From NCBI RefSeq assembly GCF_964355755.1, contig NC_092671.1:6758001-6822000 (forward strand): a stretch of 64,000 nt of DNA, written 5' to 3'. Both the position numbers and the translations under genes were made by a program. The notes below the pieces were generated by a model that saw nothing but the letters and a program-made list of their open reading frames with translations, did not search any database and was not told the origin of the DNA. Positions 29,287 through 42,200 of the stretch are shown one piece after another. Source of the DNA: Antedon mediterranea. Its lineage: Eukaryota > Animalia > Echinodermata. The first letter of the stretch is position 1. Each line of letters starts with the position of its first letter.

Positions 29287-30712
29287 ATTTACGCGGTGTG
29301 CACAAATGAATTCTATAAGAAGCTTTGTGAAAAGGTGACGTAGATGGCAGGTAGGCCAAAGGTTGTTGGTTAGTTGGTTTGGGTTAAGGAGGCGTCTTCT
29401 TGTATATTCCTCTCATCATAAAGAAATTACCATTACACAATTCACTGGTGTTTCCTTTCACATCATCGATATAGTTTGAGACAGAACTCACATCCGATTT
29501 TTTTCCTGAATGACGCAGAGTCGAATTTGAAGCAACCACCATCACCGTAAACTTAATACAGTAATTTACCATTCTCAGTGAACTCGAATATAGCAGGTTA
29601 AACTTTATTGACATTACATTTTGTTCAATACATATACAGTACAAACATTTTTATGTGTACAAATAGCAAAAAATAAAACTAGCTGTAAAAGTCGCTCAAG
29701 GTCGTCAAACATGAATGTCATATAGTGCATAATATAACCAGGGATAATTAGGCCTATATATATAAATATATATCCAAAGGCAAAATACTGAAAAAATGAC
29801 AATGCTGTGGGTATCAGTGGGTGGATCTCAATAGAGAAAAAAAACGAAAAGCTAAATCATCTATTAACGCTAATTTTGCGTTACATGTGTTTTGTTTGGC
29901 ATCAGTATAACGCATTGGTAGTTGTAGTAATAGTTGGTTGTTGTAAAATACTCTACTACTCTTATTCACTCTATATTTTCCAAAAGAGCAAGAACTTACA
30001 GAGAAACAGAATGTGTATAACGTGTTCAAACTTTCGTTTTAATCTATCACCGATTTGAAAGCATTTGGGCACAATGGTTTCAAGAACTGTGCATTACAGA
30101 GCAATAGACGATTTATAAATACATATATACAGTAAACGAGTTAGTTAATCTGTAGAAAAATATCTAGAAAGAAAATGTTTAAAAAGACTTAATATCTCAC
30201 ATTTATAAATGAGAAAAAGAAATTATGTACGTAAATATAAAAAAACACCTTCAGAAATCATAATATATTCAGATTGAAAGGAAAGAGGTAGGAGAGCGGT
30301 AGCACTAGAGTACACAAGTCTACAGAATACCCTATTTCTACGCACATTGATCATTCTACATTATTTCTATTAACGCCAATGGTGAAAAAAAGAGTGCACT
30401 TACAGCATCATCTTGCTAGTGTAAAACTAAAATTTATATACAATCATTCAAGGTATATTTTATTTGTATTTAGAAAAATGTTTAAAGAACCATACACTTG
30501 TTGTCGTTTACAAATATAACTATAATAAGTACAAAATAATAACTAACAATAAGTACATAAAATTCAGCGTCAAGCCATCTACGAGTAGGCTTGGAATTTG
30601 AAGCCCAAGATACTGGTTCATGTGGGCTTCTTTTTGCTTTCACTAGGAATGGTTTAACAGCCTAGGCTCAAGGTTAATTTCTCTATTGCAGTCCGCCATT
30701 GCCGCGGTGTTG

Positions 30713-33700
30713 TTAATCATCAGACTCAAACTGTTTTAGCTTCTCTCTCAGTTCTTTAATTGTCTTGTTCTTGTTTTGCAGCATACTCTTCAAGTTCTTG
30801 TATGCTCCTGTTTGACTAAATTTCTTATCAAGTTCCTGGAACAGAAAATAACGTTTTAGTTCATACAATGTCTCACACAAGACATGGTATAGAATAAATG
30901 GGTTTCGAAAATTTTAAAATGTAAAAAGAAATATAACTAGACATGAAACTCGTCACTTTGACGAGTTAGTTATCCGCACAACGACAAACGCCACGTGCAC
31001 GTCATACGTTAGAATATTGCACACAGATAAAGATTATGGCATTATGACAAGAACTGAAGAATATGATATGCTGTTAGTGCTGAATTCTGTCAATTTTGTG
31101 TCATATAGTATATACATGCAAACAGTATAATCTGTATACATATTACATACAGTGTAGAATAGGTGAAATTACGAGACCCGCCATTTATTCAAATTTTTAA
31201 CATGGCGACGGTATCAAAATGAAACACTTAAATATCAATTTCAGAAGGAAATTATCTCAGAAACAACATATTAACGTGTAGAAGAAATTTGAATACGTAA
31301 GATATAGATGCGCACCCTTTTAAATGTGATGAACTATTACGCAAAATATGAAAATACGACTTTTTTTATTCAACTGGCCATATGATGACGTCACAACATC
31401 CGATTGGCAAAATGTTTACATGAATTCGTATCTACAATCCAATAGCTTCCAGAAAACGTTTTAATCGTGATTATCACATTTTATTCTTACGAGCTATTAC
31501 AGATTAAAATTTACTGTAAAGATGAAATTAATGACCCACGTAATTAAAATTTTTAGGCATGATGACGTTATAAAAATTAAAATATTTTTATCTCATGCTA
31601 AAGAAAGTTGATTGACCTAGACAATATATAAATATAGGAGAAAAAGGAATACAGATAAGCGTGATGCGCTCCATTGAATGTGATGAGCAATAACGAAAGA
31701 GACAAAAATCCTATATTTTATATTCGTGTGGCCATACGATTACGTCACAATGTTTTTTTAGCCTTATCGATGCATGATCCGATATCTACAACTCATCAAC
31801 TTCTAGATTTTGTAATAAAAATAAACGGTTCACGGTTTACTTTAGAAACTATGACTGTTTAAAAAAAGACATTATTTTGATGATTTTTTAAGCTTTTTCA
31901 TAAAAAACGCGCACAAATTGTCTAATTCAACGTGTTCGTATGGCGTTATTTAAACTGGAAAAGGTCTAAATTGTTTTCAAAATTACTAGGAAAGGCTTGA
32001 AAAATATAATTCAAGAGAAAAAAATATGGTGTTAACGCTGCGTGTGCACCGCGCGCGTAAAAATTTGCGCGCCCGTGGGAATTTTTGACATGCTCAAAAT
32101 GACATGAAACGCGTAAAAAATTGATTAGAAATTAATTTTGCGCATTTTGAAATTTTAAATGCGCGTGCGCGCGTAACTTCTTGTGAAACATGCCATTTTT
32201 AATCCGTAGAAAGTTTGCCCCTGATATGACTTAAATTTTGTCAAAGTGTCAATACTAAATGACTTTTGGTTTTTAATCTATGTTAAATCATTGAAATTCA
32301 TAAAATTGCGCGTAAGTCACGTTGCGCAACTATGACGTCATTCAAAAATAGGAGGTGCACAACTTCACGTAAATGCCCATATGTTGTCAAAGTTATGAAA
32401 TGTTATGTTTACACATTTTAGAGAAACGCGATCCACAAAAAGGAAGGATGGAAACGAGAATAATACAGAAAAAAAATGTTGATCTCATACAATAACAAGG
32501 AGTTATCCGCTTGGTATACCAAGCGGATAACTAATAAAGAATGTGGTACCTTTTCAGTCATCCTCAATTGCTCTTGCACTGCCAGCAGTTTGTGAGCTGT
32601 ATCTGCTAGGTCACCCTGGAGACCGTCAGCTTTGGCAGAACTTAAAATCTTATTCTGAAAACAAATGTAGACAGATATATTGTTTATATTTTCCTTACCA
32701 AATCAATTTAGATTAGTGTAATTTGAATACAAACGGACATACTTTAATGCTCATGTATAAACTCCTGGAGCATTTGACTACCTTTCAATTTAGATAAGAT
32801 GTTATTACAGACAGGTATGAAAATACATTTTAGCCTTTACAAAGTTTAATCAGTCCATCTGCATAGTGCCATTCCAATGTCATCATAGTGACCTGGAGCG
32901 GATGATGAGTATTTAAAAGGTAGATGGTTCAAGAGCCTACTGTACGTTCAACAGAAATCAAAGTCCAATCTCCAAATCTGTGGTTTATACCAATAATTAC
33001 CTTCTCCATTTCTGATTGGGCAGCATTTATCTGATCTTGTAGACTACTTGTATCATACGGTTGATGATGACTTTGGTTTCGTGCGGCTCCAAGTTCATCT
33101 TGTGTCTTTCGTAAATCAGACTCTAACTTTGACTTATCACTGAAAGCATCGGATGCCTATTAAAAAAAAGTTCTGATTTGAGAAAGAGTAGTTAAGTATC
33201 AGCAAGTTTTGCTAACTTTTTAAGTATTTTTTAAGAGCCTGAGGGGTTGCCAGTGGTAGTGAACAGAGATAATGAGATTTGAAAAAGTAGTATACTAAGG
33301 ACATTCAAATTGTCAAAAAATGGCATTCTAACTAAGTTCATCACCTCATCCCCTATCAATTTTAGCATGGATAGAACATTAGGTTAAGTTCAGAATTAAT
33401 TTTAATTTTAGGGCATGGAACAAACTGTGTAGAAATTGCGGATAGATATAGCACTAAAGAGTTAAAAAAAAAAAAATCTATTTCATTCACCTTTGCTTCA
33501 ACTTGTTGCAGCCTTGTTTTCAACTTGTCATTTTCTGCTGTTAGTCTGTCAATCTCATTCTGCAGTAACTGCACTCCTCCACCTTCCAATGGATTCAACT
33601 TTCTCATTTCAAAGGTCGGTTTTGAGGATGCCTGCAAAACAATCGCAGTGGTTGACAAAACACATGCATTATTTTGATATTAAAGCAACAGAATATTTTA

Positions 33701-35434
33701 TGACAGCATAACAATTAAAGGATATTTATCATAATTCTGAATATTACATTAAATATTACATTACTGTACATTGAATTTTTGGTTTAACAGCATTGCACAT
33801 AAACTCTGAAACAAAGCATACCTCATGATTTGAAAAATAATAATTAACATGCTTCAGGCAAATAATTTAAATATGCATTGTTTGTGATCTTAGCTACTTA
33901 CCGCTTTTCCAGAAAATTCCAGGTCTTCAAAGTCTGCAATCATATCTATCAATTCCCTGCAAATTAAAATCAACATGCATATTTATATTATTTACAAATA
34001 AAATATTTGTAAACACAGTAACCATGGTATCTATTTGTCAAGATAGTACTATAACAACTTGCCAGGTTTTTTTGTTTACATACAATACAATGTTAATACA
34101 GTGTTCATTTAATTTCCAGTAATGTCATTTGGTCTAGAAGATTTCACCTGTTTTCTAATTCTGAAATGTTGGCTTGCAGAAGTAAATGCCATTTTTCTGC
34201 CTGTTGAAATAGCTGTCTCAGCAAAAGAACATTTGTATGGGTGTTGTTGATAAGTTCTGTCTCAACTTCTCCTCGCAGCACAACCTGTAGGCCATCCAAC
34301 ATGTCGGTTACTTCATCAGCTGTAAAGGTGTCCTCTGTCAATCTATGCATCAAAAGGAAAAAAGGGTATGATGAGTAGGGTAGGGTATCATATTTTAGGT
34401 TCCTGGGGTATGCCTTGTTGTATGCATTGGCTATATTAGCAATGTATTAGCAATTCAAAGAAGGGCTAGACTGAGAAAGCAAAAAATATCCTCAAACCGT
34501 TTCAGATTCTGAACACTGTACATAGCATGCAATTTATTTAATCAAAACTTTAAAAGATAAGTAATATTATAATTTATATAAATATTTATCACACTGTATT
34601 ATTTAATGATTGTACTATGTACAAAACATGCAGTATCTCAAAATTGTAATGATTTTGACAATAAAGTTGAATTTATTGTATATATTCTTGTATTTAGAAA
34701 TGACTATCAACCATACATTTTAGATTTTATTTTGGACAAGATTCTTTCTACAGCTATTCAAAATTATTGTTATTAAAGTTTAACTGTAATGGAAATAATA
34801 AATAAATATTTAAAAAAAGGGGAATGAAAAAACAAGAAATTATACCGGCTATCTTTTAGATCTTGAAATCCTGAGTCAACAGCTTTCAGGTTCTGAGTTC
34901 TAAGGTAACGAGCAAATCTCATATAATTAACAACCACTTCATGATGATGTTCATTCAAACCAAGATCTCCACCAGACTAGTTGAAAGAAAAACAAATCGA
35001 ACAAAAGGGAATAAAATTGTTACGTTTACGATTCTGTTGTTATTGATTGAGTTAAATAATTAATATTAAGATTTAATTTAAATTAATCATTATTACTCCT
35101 ACAACACAAGGACTTGCGTCTATAAATAAAGGTGATTAAAGTGATTACGTATTGCCAGCCTAAGTCGTCAATTCTGAGATCAAAAAGTAGAGCCTAGGCC
35201 TAGACACGGGCCGTAGTCTTGGTCCTAGATCTAGGCCTAGACTCAGTTCGCCTGTTGTAGGAGTGCACAGCGAGCATACGTCACTCAAATAAAATAGATA
35301 GCCTACTAGGCCTAGAGGCCTCCTACCTAAAAACTAGGCTAGCTAGTAGGCCTAAAATAAAAACAATAGATAGTCATAGTTCCAGTGAATATGCAAAAAT
35401 GTCAAGATCAAACTTCAATAATATAACTTACCAT
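30713..35434 (-). CDS. LZTFL1: Leucine zipper transcription factor-like protein 1 (BBS17), BBSome regulator
   Basis: Exons 35434-35432 (ATG only), 34976-34846 (LGLNEHHHEVVVNYMRFAR...DLKDSR), 34342-34148 (EDTFT...HTNVLLLRQLFQQAEKWHLLLQANISELENR), 33956-33902, 33631-33491, 33156-33001, 32654-32550, 30835-30713 (ELDKKFSQTGAYKNLK...stop). Closely matches vertebrate LZTFL1 as I recall it. Confidence 0.96.
30935..32535 (-). mobile_element. Non-autonomous Helentron/Helitron-like element (~1.6 kb) in the last LZTFL1 intron
   Basis: Minus-strand 5' end has the palindrome AGTTATCCGC-TTGGTATACCAA-GCGGATAACT. The 3' end has the matching subTIR GCGGATAACTAA, the stem-loop CTCGTCA-AAG-TGACGAG and a terminal CTAGTT. 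No TSD. Confidence 0.8.
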
Positions 35435-36276
35435 TTTGAGTGTGTAAGTGGAGGTTTTTAGAAATTAGTATCAACACCCCACCGCCTATTTTAATATTGA
35501 CAAAAAATGAATTGAACAGCGTCACCGTCGCTATAGTACAATTTTTATGAAACGCCGTAAATGCATAAATAATTATACTTATTTAGTATTTGTTATTTTT
35601 TATCATATGTCTTGCATTTAGAGTAGTAATGAGCTCAAACTAATTTAGTGATATTACATAACTTTGTGATGTGAAACTTAATTAGAGCAGCGCATGAGCA
35701 ATACAATGTTACAGTATCTGTAAATGATTGCGTGCCACAGTTAGATAAATATTTTATTATTAGCGAGTGCGACTGGTACGTGAAAATAAAATCAGTGAGA
35801 ATGATTACAAAGATAAGGATTTTTTTGTGGAAAAGTTGTGTCTTTGATTGGTATAATTTCATTTAAAAAAATATATTTTGTCTATTTTAAAATATGTTTT
35901 AAAAAAATGAATTCATAAAATTAAGTTTTTTTGCAATTAATTACTTTTAGAGTTTAAAGTTTGTATTGTTTTTATGTATTCAATGTAATTCATCGATTAG
36001 TAGGCCTATGTTTCTGTTTATAAATGTCATTTTAAGATAATATAATCTTTTTTTTAATTCAGTATATATTTTTTACAGTTTTAAATGTACAATCAATTAC
36101 ACCTTATTATATACATAGGCATACAGTGTCTAAAAATATCATTAATACATTTTTTCATCGTTTTGAAGTTATTTTTTGTGACAAAAATATTAATCGAATA
36201 TGGAGCGGCAACATCAAACAACTGTGGCACTCTGGGAAGGAAAGGACAAATCTCACGCATGCTGGAAATATCCAAT
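35435..36276. promoter_or_regulatory. Bidirectional promoter region LZTFL1 / eIF4B
   Basis: Divergent start codons separated by 842 bp (35434 minus, 36277 plus). Confidence 0.7.
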
Positions 36277-39200
36277 ATGGCTTCCGCGGGTAAGGTTTTT
36301 GATTTATTTTTCTATTATTTTTACATTTTGTAGCTATTAAAACTATTCTGATTTCATTTGAAGTTGCAATACAATTGTACTTTCGATGTGTGTTATAACG
36401 ATTTTAGCAATTGTAACTGATAAATAGTAGATCACGGTATTTATTGTGGGCCAGCCTGTCGATAATTAACAGCAGCACAAAAAAACACAGGGCAGTGCAC
36501 ACATCAGGGCGGTCAACGTGTCCAGGTTTCGCACAATATTCGCTCAGATCGGAATCTCAGCCTAGACTTATACTCGCAAAACTATAAATAGTCTGAAAAA
36601 TCAGGAGTTCTTGGTCTTCCTTTTTGTCAGTTTGTGAACTTAAAGAATACTGTAATATTAATTAAATAAAGTAAAGACCATCATGAATGAATTGAATTAA
36701 TAAATGTCAAATTGAAAATGTGTATCACACTAGGCTAGTCTCACTGCATGCAAACAAAGTTCAAAGTCAAGCAAAATTGTTTATTTTATTGTAGGTCTAT
36801 CATCAATTTTCTAACGAATTTGTTGATTTATCGACAAGTGGCACAAACTCTTATGATGAGTGACCCCTACATACATACATTATTATTATTAATCCATTAT
36901 TATTAATAATTAAAGACACCTTCCCTACGTTTTTTAGATCTATTTTAAGATCACAAACTATATTTAATGTAATAAAAATAATACTATATGGTCCTATTGC
37001 GATAACTTTTTTCGTCTTTAAATGGTTAAAAATGTGAAAAATAAGTCGATTCTGATAATTATAGTGGCCCGCTATAAATCCCAAAATGCATTGCGCGTGG
37101 ATTGATATTTCTGCTTTTCTTCTGTAATAATTAACCCACTTTTCGATCGATCGTGAAGCCAAAACAAATGGAAGACTCCTAACTTTTCAGCGAAAATACC
37201 GGGTTTTCCCCAATTTGTATCAACGGAGTCTGGCAAAAATAGAAAGACAATTAATGAAGCAACTATACAACGTCAGGCTAGGTATATAGCTAGTTACCGA
37301 TGTTTACCAGCTAGTAGGCCTACAAAACTAAGCCTAGCTAGGCTAGGCCTAAAGACCGTCCAAGAGAGGTCAGTCGCCGTGAGCTACTTAGGTAGTGCAT
37401 TGTTTCTCACTTTTTATCATAATTTACCATAAAACGTACATTTAAGGCAAGGAATGACCTGGTTTAATGTTTTTAAAGTAATATATATGTATTATTTTTA
37501 CAAAACGTCACAAATTGTAGGGAAGGTGTCTTTAATATACACACAGATGAGATAGGAGTTCCCCAATATTTCATTAAAATTTGGTTCCCATCATAGGACA
37601 CTTGAACGCAAGTAGGACGTAAGCGCAACGTAATTTAACCAATCACAGCGTGATGTATCATCAACCATAAAACCTCAATCTCCAGATTGTTATTATACAA
37701 AAAAACATCAACTAATATTGCATCATTTTACCATTTTTTAGACACTAAACTTCGCAATCATCATTAACCCACGTCAATGTAATTTAACTGAAGCTGTATC
37801 AAATAGAAGCTAGATATCTAGCCACTCTGTTTAATTATGTTATGCTACATGGTGGTTTGTTTTCTTTTATTGTAATTCTGACACTATCTATCTACCTATT
37901 CAGTAGGTAAAAAGAAAGGAAAGGTGAAGGGGAAGAAGTTGAATTTGAATGAATTTCTTGGAAGCGAAAGTAGCAATGCCCCTGGTAGTAGCTATGTCCT
38001 CAGCCAGAAGTCTTGGGCTGATGCTTCAGAAGACATAGATGATAATGGTAAGTATCAAACAGTTCTTTTTGTAAAACTTCATAACAAAGTACTACTAAAA
38101 CCAGTTTCTTAAAAATCGTTTTTAATTTTCAGGCCCTTCAGTACTTCTGGTAAAAAAAATAACAATTTAATTAATTAAATATTGTGTATTATTAGTTAAA
38201 AGGTAAACTAATTAATTGGATTTATTATTTTAAAATGTTAATTTATAATGTTATAATTATTATGTTACTTTTTAGGTGGTGAATGGGCTGATGACAGCTA
38301 TAAAAAATCGATGATTAATAGGTCTTCACTGCCTACAGCACCAAGGAGTGCCCAGCCAGTTGAAATTGATAAAAGCATGCTTCCAGACAAACCGCCATAT
38401 ACAGTGTTTATTGGGAATCTGCCATACGACGTTGAAGAAGATGATATTGTAGATTTCTTTAAAGGATGTAATGTAAGTATATATCAAGGTTTTTAAATCC
38501 TTTGTCAATTCAGCGGCCTTGATTCGTTTGTTTTTAATTAATTTCTTTTGGTGTGTGATTATAAAATATTAAAGTGACCAATATCGCATAAGGGCGTGTC
38601 TCACCAACCACAACTAACTCTAAAACAAATACAAAATACACCCATATGAAGTACTAAATTTGCCTAACATCGAATATTTATTCACTATTCACTAAATCTT
38701 GGTCCACACTATAGAAAAGCGCACAAACATAAACATGATTAATTCACTAAACTTGGTCCACACTACTGAAAGCATAAGAACATACATGGACATACTGCAA
38801 AAGAAACCTGAAGAAATTTGACTATTTACAAGCAATGTACAGTATTATTTGAACTGTTTATTATTGTCAAATTGCTTGCGTTGCATGTGCAGTACGTCCA
38901 TGTGCCCTGACCTATACTTTTTGAACAAAACTTTAATGCACTTTTCACGATTTATTGCACATCAAATATGTTACAATTTCAATTTAAGTAGAAATCCATA
39001 TTTTTTTTAAATTGTAAAATTTAATACAATACTCTTTCAAGGTAACACAAGTCCGTTTGCTTCGAGATGGCGACGGAGGTCGTTTGAAGGGTTTTGGTTA
39101 CGCTGAAATCGGTGATATGGAGTCTCTTATGGCAGCGCTTAAACTTAGCAATGAAAATTTGCGAAACCGGCGAATACGTGTCGATCTAGCTGGTCAGCAA

Positions 39201-42200
39201 GGAGATGGTAATCGAGAAGATAGAAGTTCAGATTGGAGGAAAAGAGATGGGGGAGGATACGGTGGTAGGGGTAGGTTATTTAAATCATTTAAACTTCCTT
39301 ATGATATAATGGTATGAAAACTGGGCTAGCATGTGAGTGGCATGGGTTCTAGACTTGTCTATGCCATATTTCTTGTATCCTTAGGCATTGGCTCATATTT
39401 TGGAAGTAAAGGTTCTGGTCCTTTTTGTATATAGAATCAAAATGATACAAAAAACTTGGTAAACTTGTCAAAAAGTAGTGTAGTAGAGTAGGGGATGGTC
39501 TCCCAGTGTGTTGATCATGGTAGGCGCTGCACTGTGGCTACCATAAGTTCATCAAAGTTTCCTCAACTGAGGACAAATAACACGTTTACATGCCTAAACT
39601 ATTTGTATTTGTTTTGATCTTATATGCTAGGTATAGTCAGTCTGCCACTAATGCAATAGCATATCATGAAATTGTAATTAGTATTGTGACAATCTTATCG
39701 TTCATCAGGGATTCACTTTACCGATTCATTCATCATTTAGTATCAAATATCAATTGTTAATACTCTATATATTTTTTCTGTTTTTCAGGTGGCGAGGATG
39801 GTAAGTTCTTTATTATTGTTTAATGATTAATAAATACTATGGAAAGCTGATTTTAAACAATACAGAAGTTACATGTGACATTCGTCCATGATACTGAAGA
39901 ATTAAAGATACAGTACAGAGAATCAAGTTTTAGTTTATCTGTTAAGTATGATGCTCTGATGTAGTGAGTTGTTACATTTTACAGGTGTACTTTTCAATTC
40001 AAAATTCTTGCTAGTTTTGATTTATTTTTCATAGAGCGGGCAGGTCGAAGTGAGGGATCATGGGATAGACCTACAGCAAGTGCCGACAGCTATGATGATG
40101 GTTTGTATTAATATTGTTTTAATTTAATGATATTGCACAAGTTACATGCACTTTGAATGCAAATCCGCAACAATCCTGTAGGATATTTCTTTATGTGTGG
40201 TATTTTTATGTGGAAATCTACAGTAAAGTCATTACTGCCAATAACATAATTGTAACATTATTATTTTTTTTTTTTTTAACCATATTTAATGAGGGTAATC
40301 CATCCAGCTATTGCTGATCATTAGGGACCCTCAGAGGTTCACAAGACAAACATTATATACAAGATGCTTTACATAAACAAAGTCTTATTACAAGTCTTTG
40401 GGAGTGGAGTTGTAATTTAGTCCTTTGAAAATCCTGACATGTGACGGGACTTGAACCCAGGACCCTTGGAGTGGTAGCCAAGCATCATAATCACCATCAA
40501 GCCACAACTCCACTCTTTAATACATATGTTATAGTTAATTGTAATTGTCTAATTTTATAGAACTATATTCTGTATCTATTTCAAGGGCCACAACGGAAGT
40601 TTGACCATTGCTTACTTTTTTATGCTACCCTGAATTCATTCCTGTAGTTTTTTAATGTTGTTTTGTTTTGAATTCGAATAAAGAAATAAAAATGAAAAAA
40701 ATTTGCAAGCGATGAGAATTATCTGAATAGTTTTATTTCACTATGTTTAATAAAATTTTCTTTGTTATTGTTATTTACTTTAATTTATTTATTTTTGATA
40801 TTTGACAGGCCCTTCACGAGGTGGATTTAGGGATGATCGTCAGTATGAAAGTCGTGGTGGTTATAATAGAGACAGGGGTGGTGGCGGCTTTGACCGTAGC
40901 GATGGAGATGGTAATGCTATATTAATTTCTGATTTTAAATCCAAAGGCAAATTATTTAAAAAATGACAATGCTATGGGTGTCAGTGACTGTATAAAAAAA
41001 AATAAAGCAGAAACCTAAATCAAAACGATAAAGTAAAACAGCCAGAAAAATCAGCGGAGCTTTTGGGCAACACTAGCCCTTCATCAGTGCAATTTAATTT
41101 GTAATTTAAGTATTTTTACTAGACTGCCTGCGTCTCGGGCAGATTAATAGTTAATTTCAATTTAATTTGTGTTTCTTTTTATGACCTTAACCTTCTCAAA
41201 ACTCCACATTTTTTTTAAAAAGAATTTATATATTATAGACTTGAACAAATCTATAATTTTTATTTGGTTTTTACATTTCATTGGATTCACCTTATTAATA
41301 TCTCGTAGTGTGCCAAGTAAACTGAGAGTGCGGTACAGCATATTATTGGGAACAACCTATAGGTATTGACTATTACCAAATTTGGTTATACAGGTTATAG
41401 AGACGGATATAGGGACGATCGTCGGTATGACAATCGAGGTGGTTATAATAGAGACAGGGGTAGTGGTGGCGGCTATGACCGTGGCTACGATCGTGGTTAT
41501 GACGGAGATGGTAAAAATTTTTAATTTCTATGAAATTGATTATTAAATTTTTTTACTTCAGAGAGGTGTCTATGGGCTTCAGTTATAATAGGTCAAACAA
41601 ACATTTAGGATGTTGCCCTTTAGATTATTTATTTAAAAATAATTGCCCTTTAAAACTGAAAAATGTGAACTGAATAATACATGTAGAGTAGAATTCCTCA
41701 TAAAATATTAATAACATTTAATTGAATCATGTAATAGAGATAGTGTCAAATATTAATAGTACAGAGTTGAACACCTCCTTTGGGACATGCCTATTTAGGG
41801 AACACCTCTAATGTGAAAAGAATGGGGAGTAATGTTTAACACTTTGGCCAATCCCTATTCAGGTGACAGCTCTATTATGCAGGCCTTGTCTTTTAAGGCA
41901 AGCGAGTGCGACCACTCACCTAACACTCCTAAACTGAGTGTGATTTACAACACGCTTAAATTTGGTAAACTTCTACACACCAAAATACAAACATCACACC
42001 TACAGCATCCCTGAATATATTGAGGAGTGCAATTTGTTGCACACCTATAGTTTTCAAAAGAGCTGAGGTCTGATTAAGGGGACAGTTGGGTATGAAGGTG
42101 TCCCTTAGTAGAGCTTCTACTGTACCTGCTAATTATAATTATAGGTTTTTGGTGTAATTTTCAGGTTACAGAGACAATGGTTATAGGAATGAATATGGTA

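Noticed and set aside
30570-30630. Hairpins in the LZTFL1 3' UTR as a SECIS element
   Set aside because: AUGA/AA/GA spacing does not fit and LZTFL1 has no in-frame UGA.
38133-38149. Candidate eIF4B microexon (TTTTCAG|...|GTAAAA)
   Set aside because: 17 nt would shift the frame, and the flanking exons already join in phase. It could only be a poison exon, and there is no support for that.
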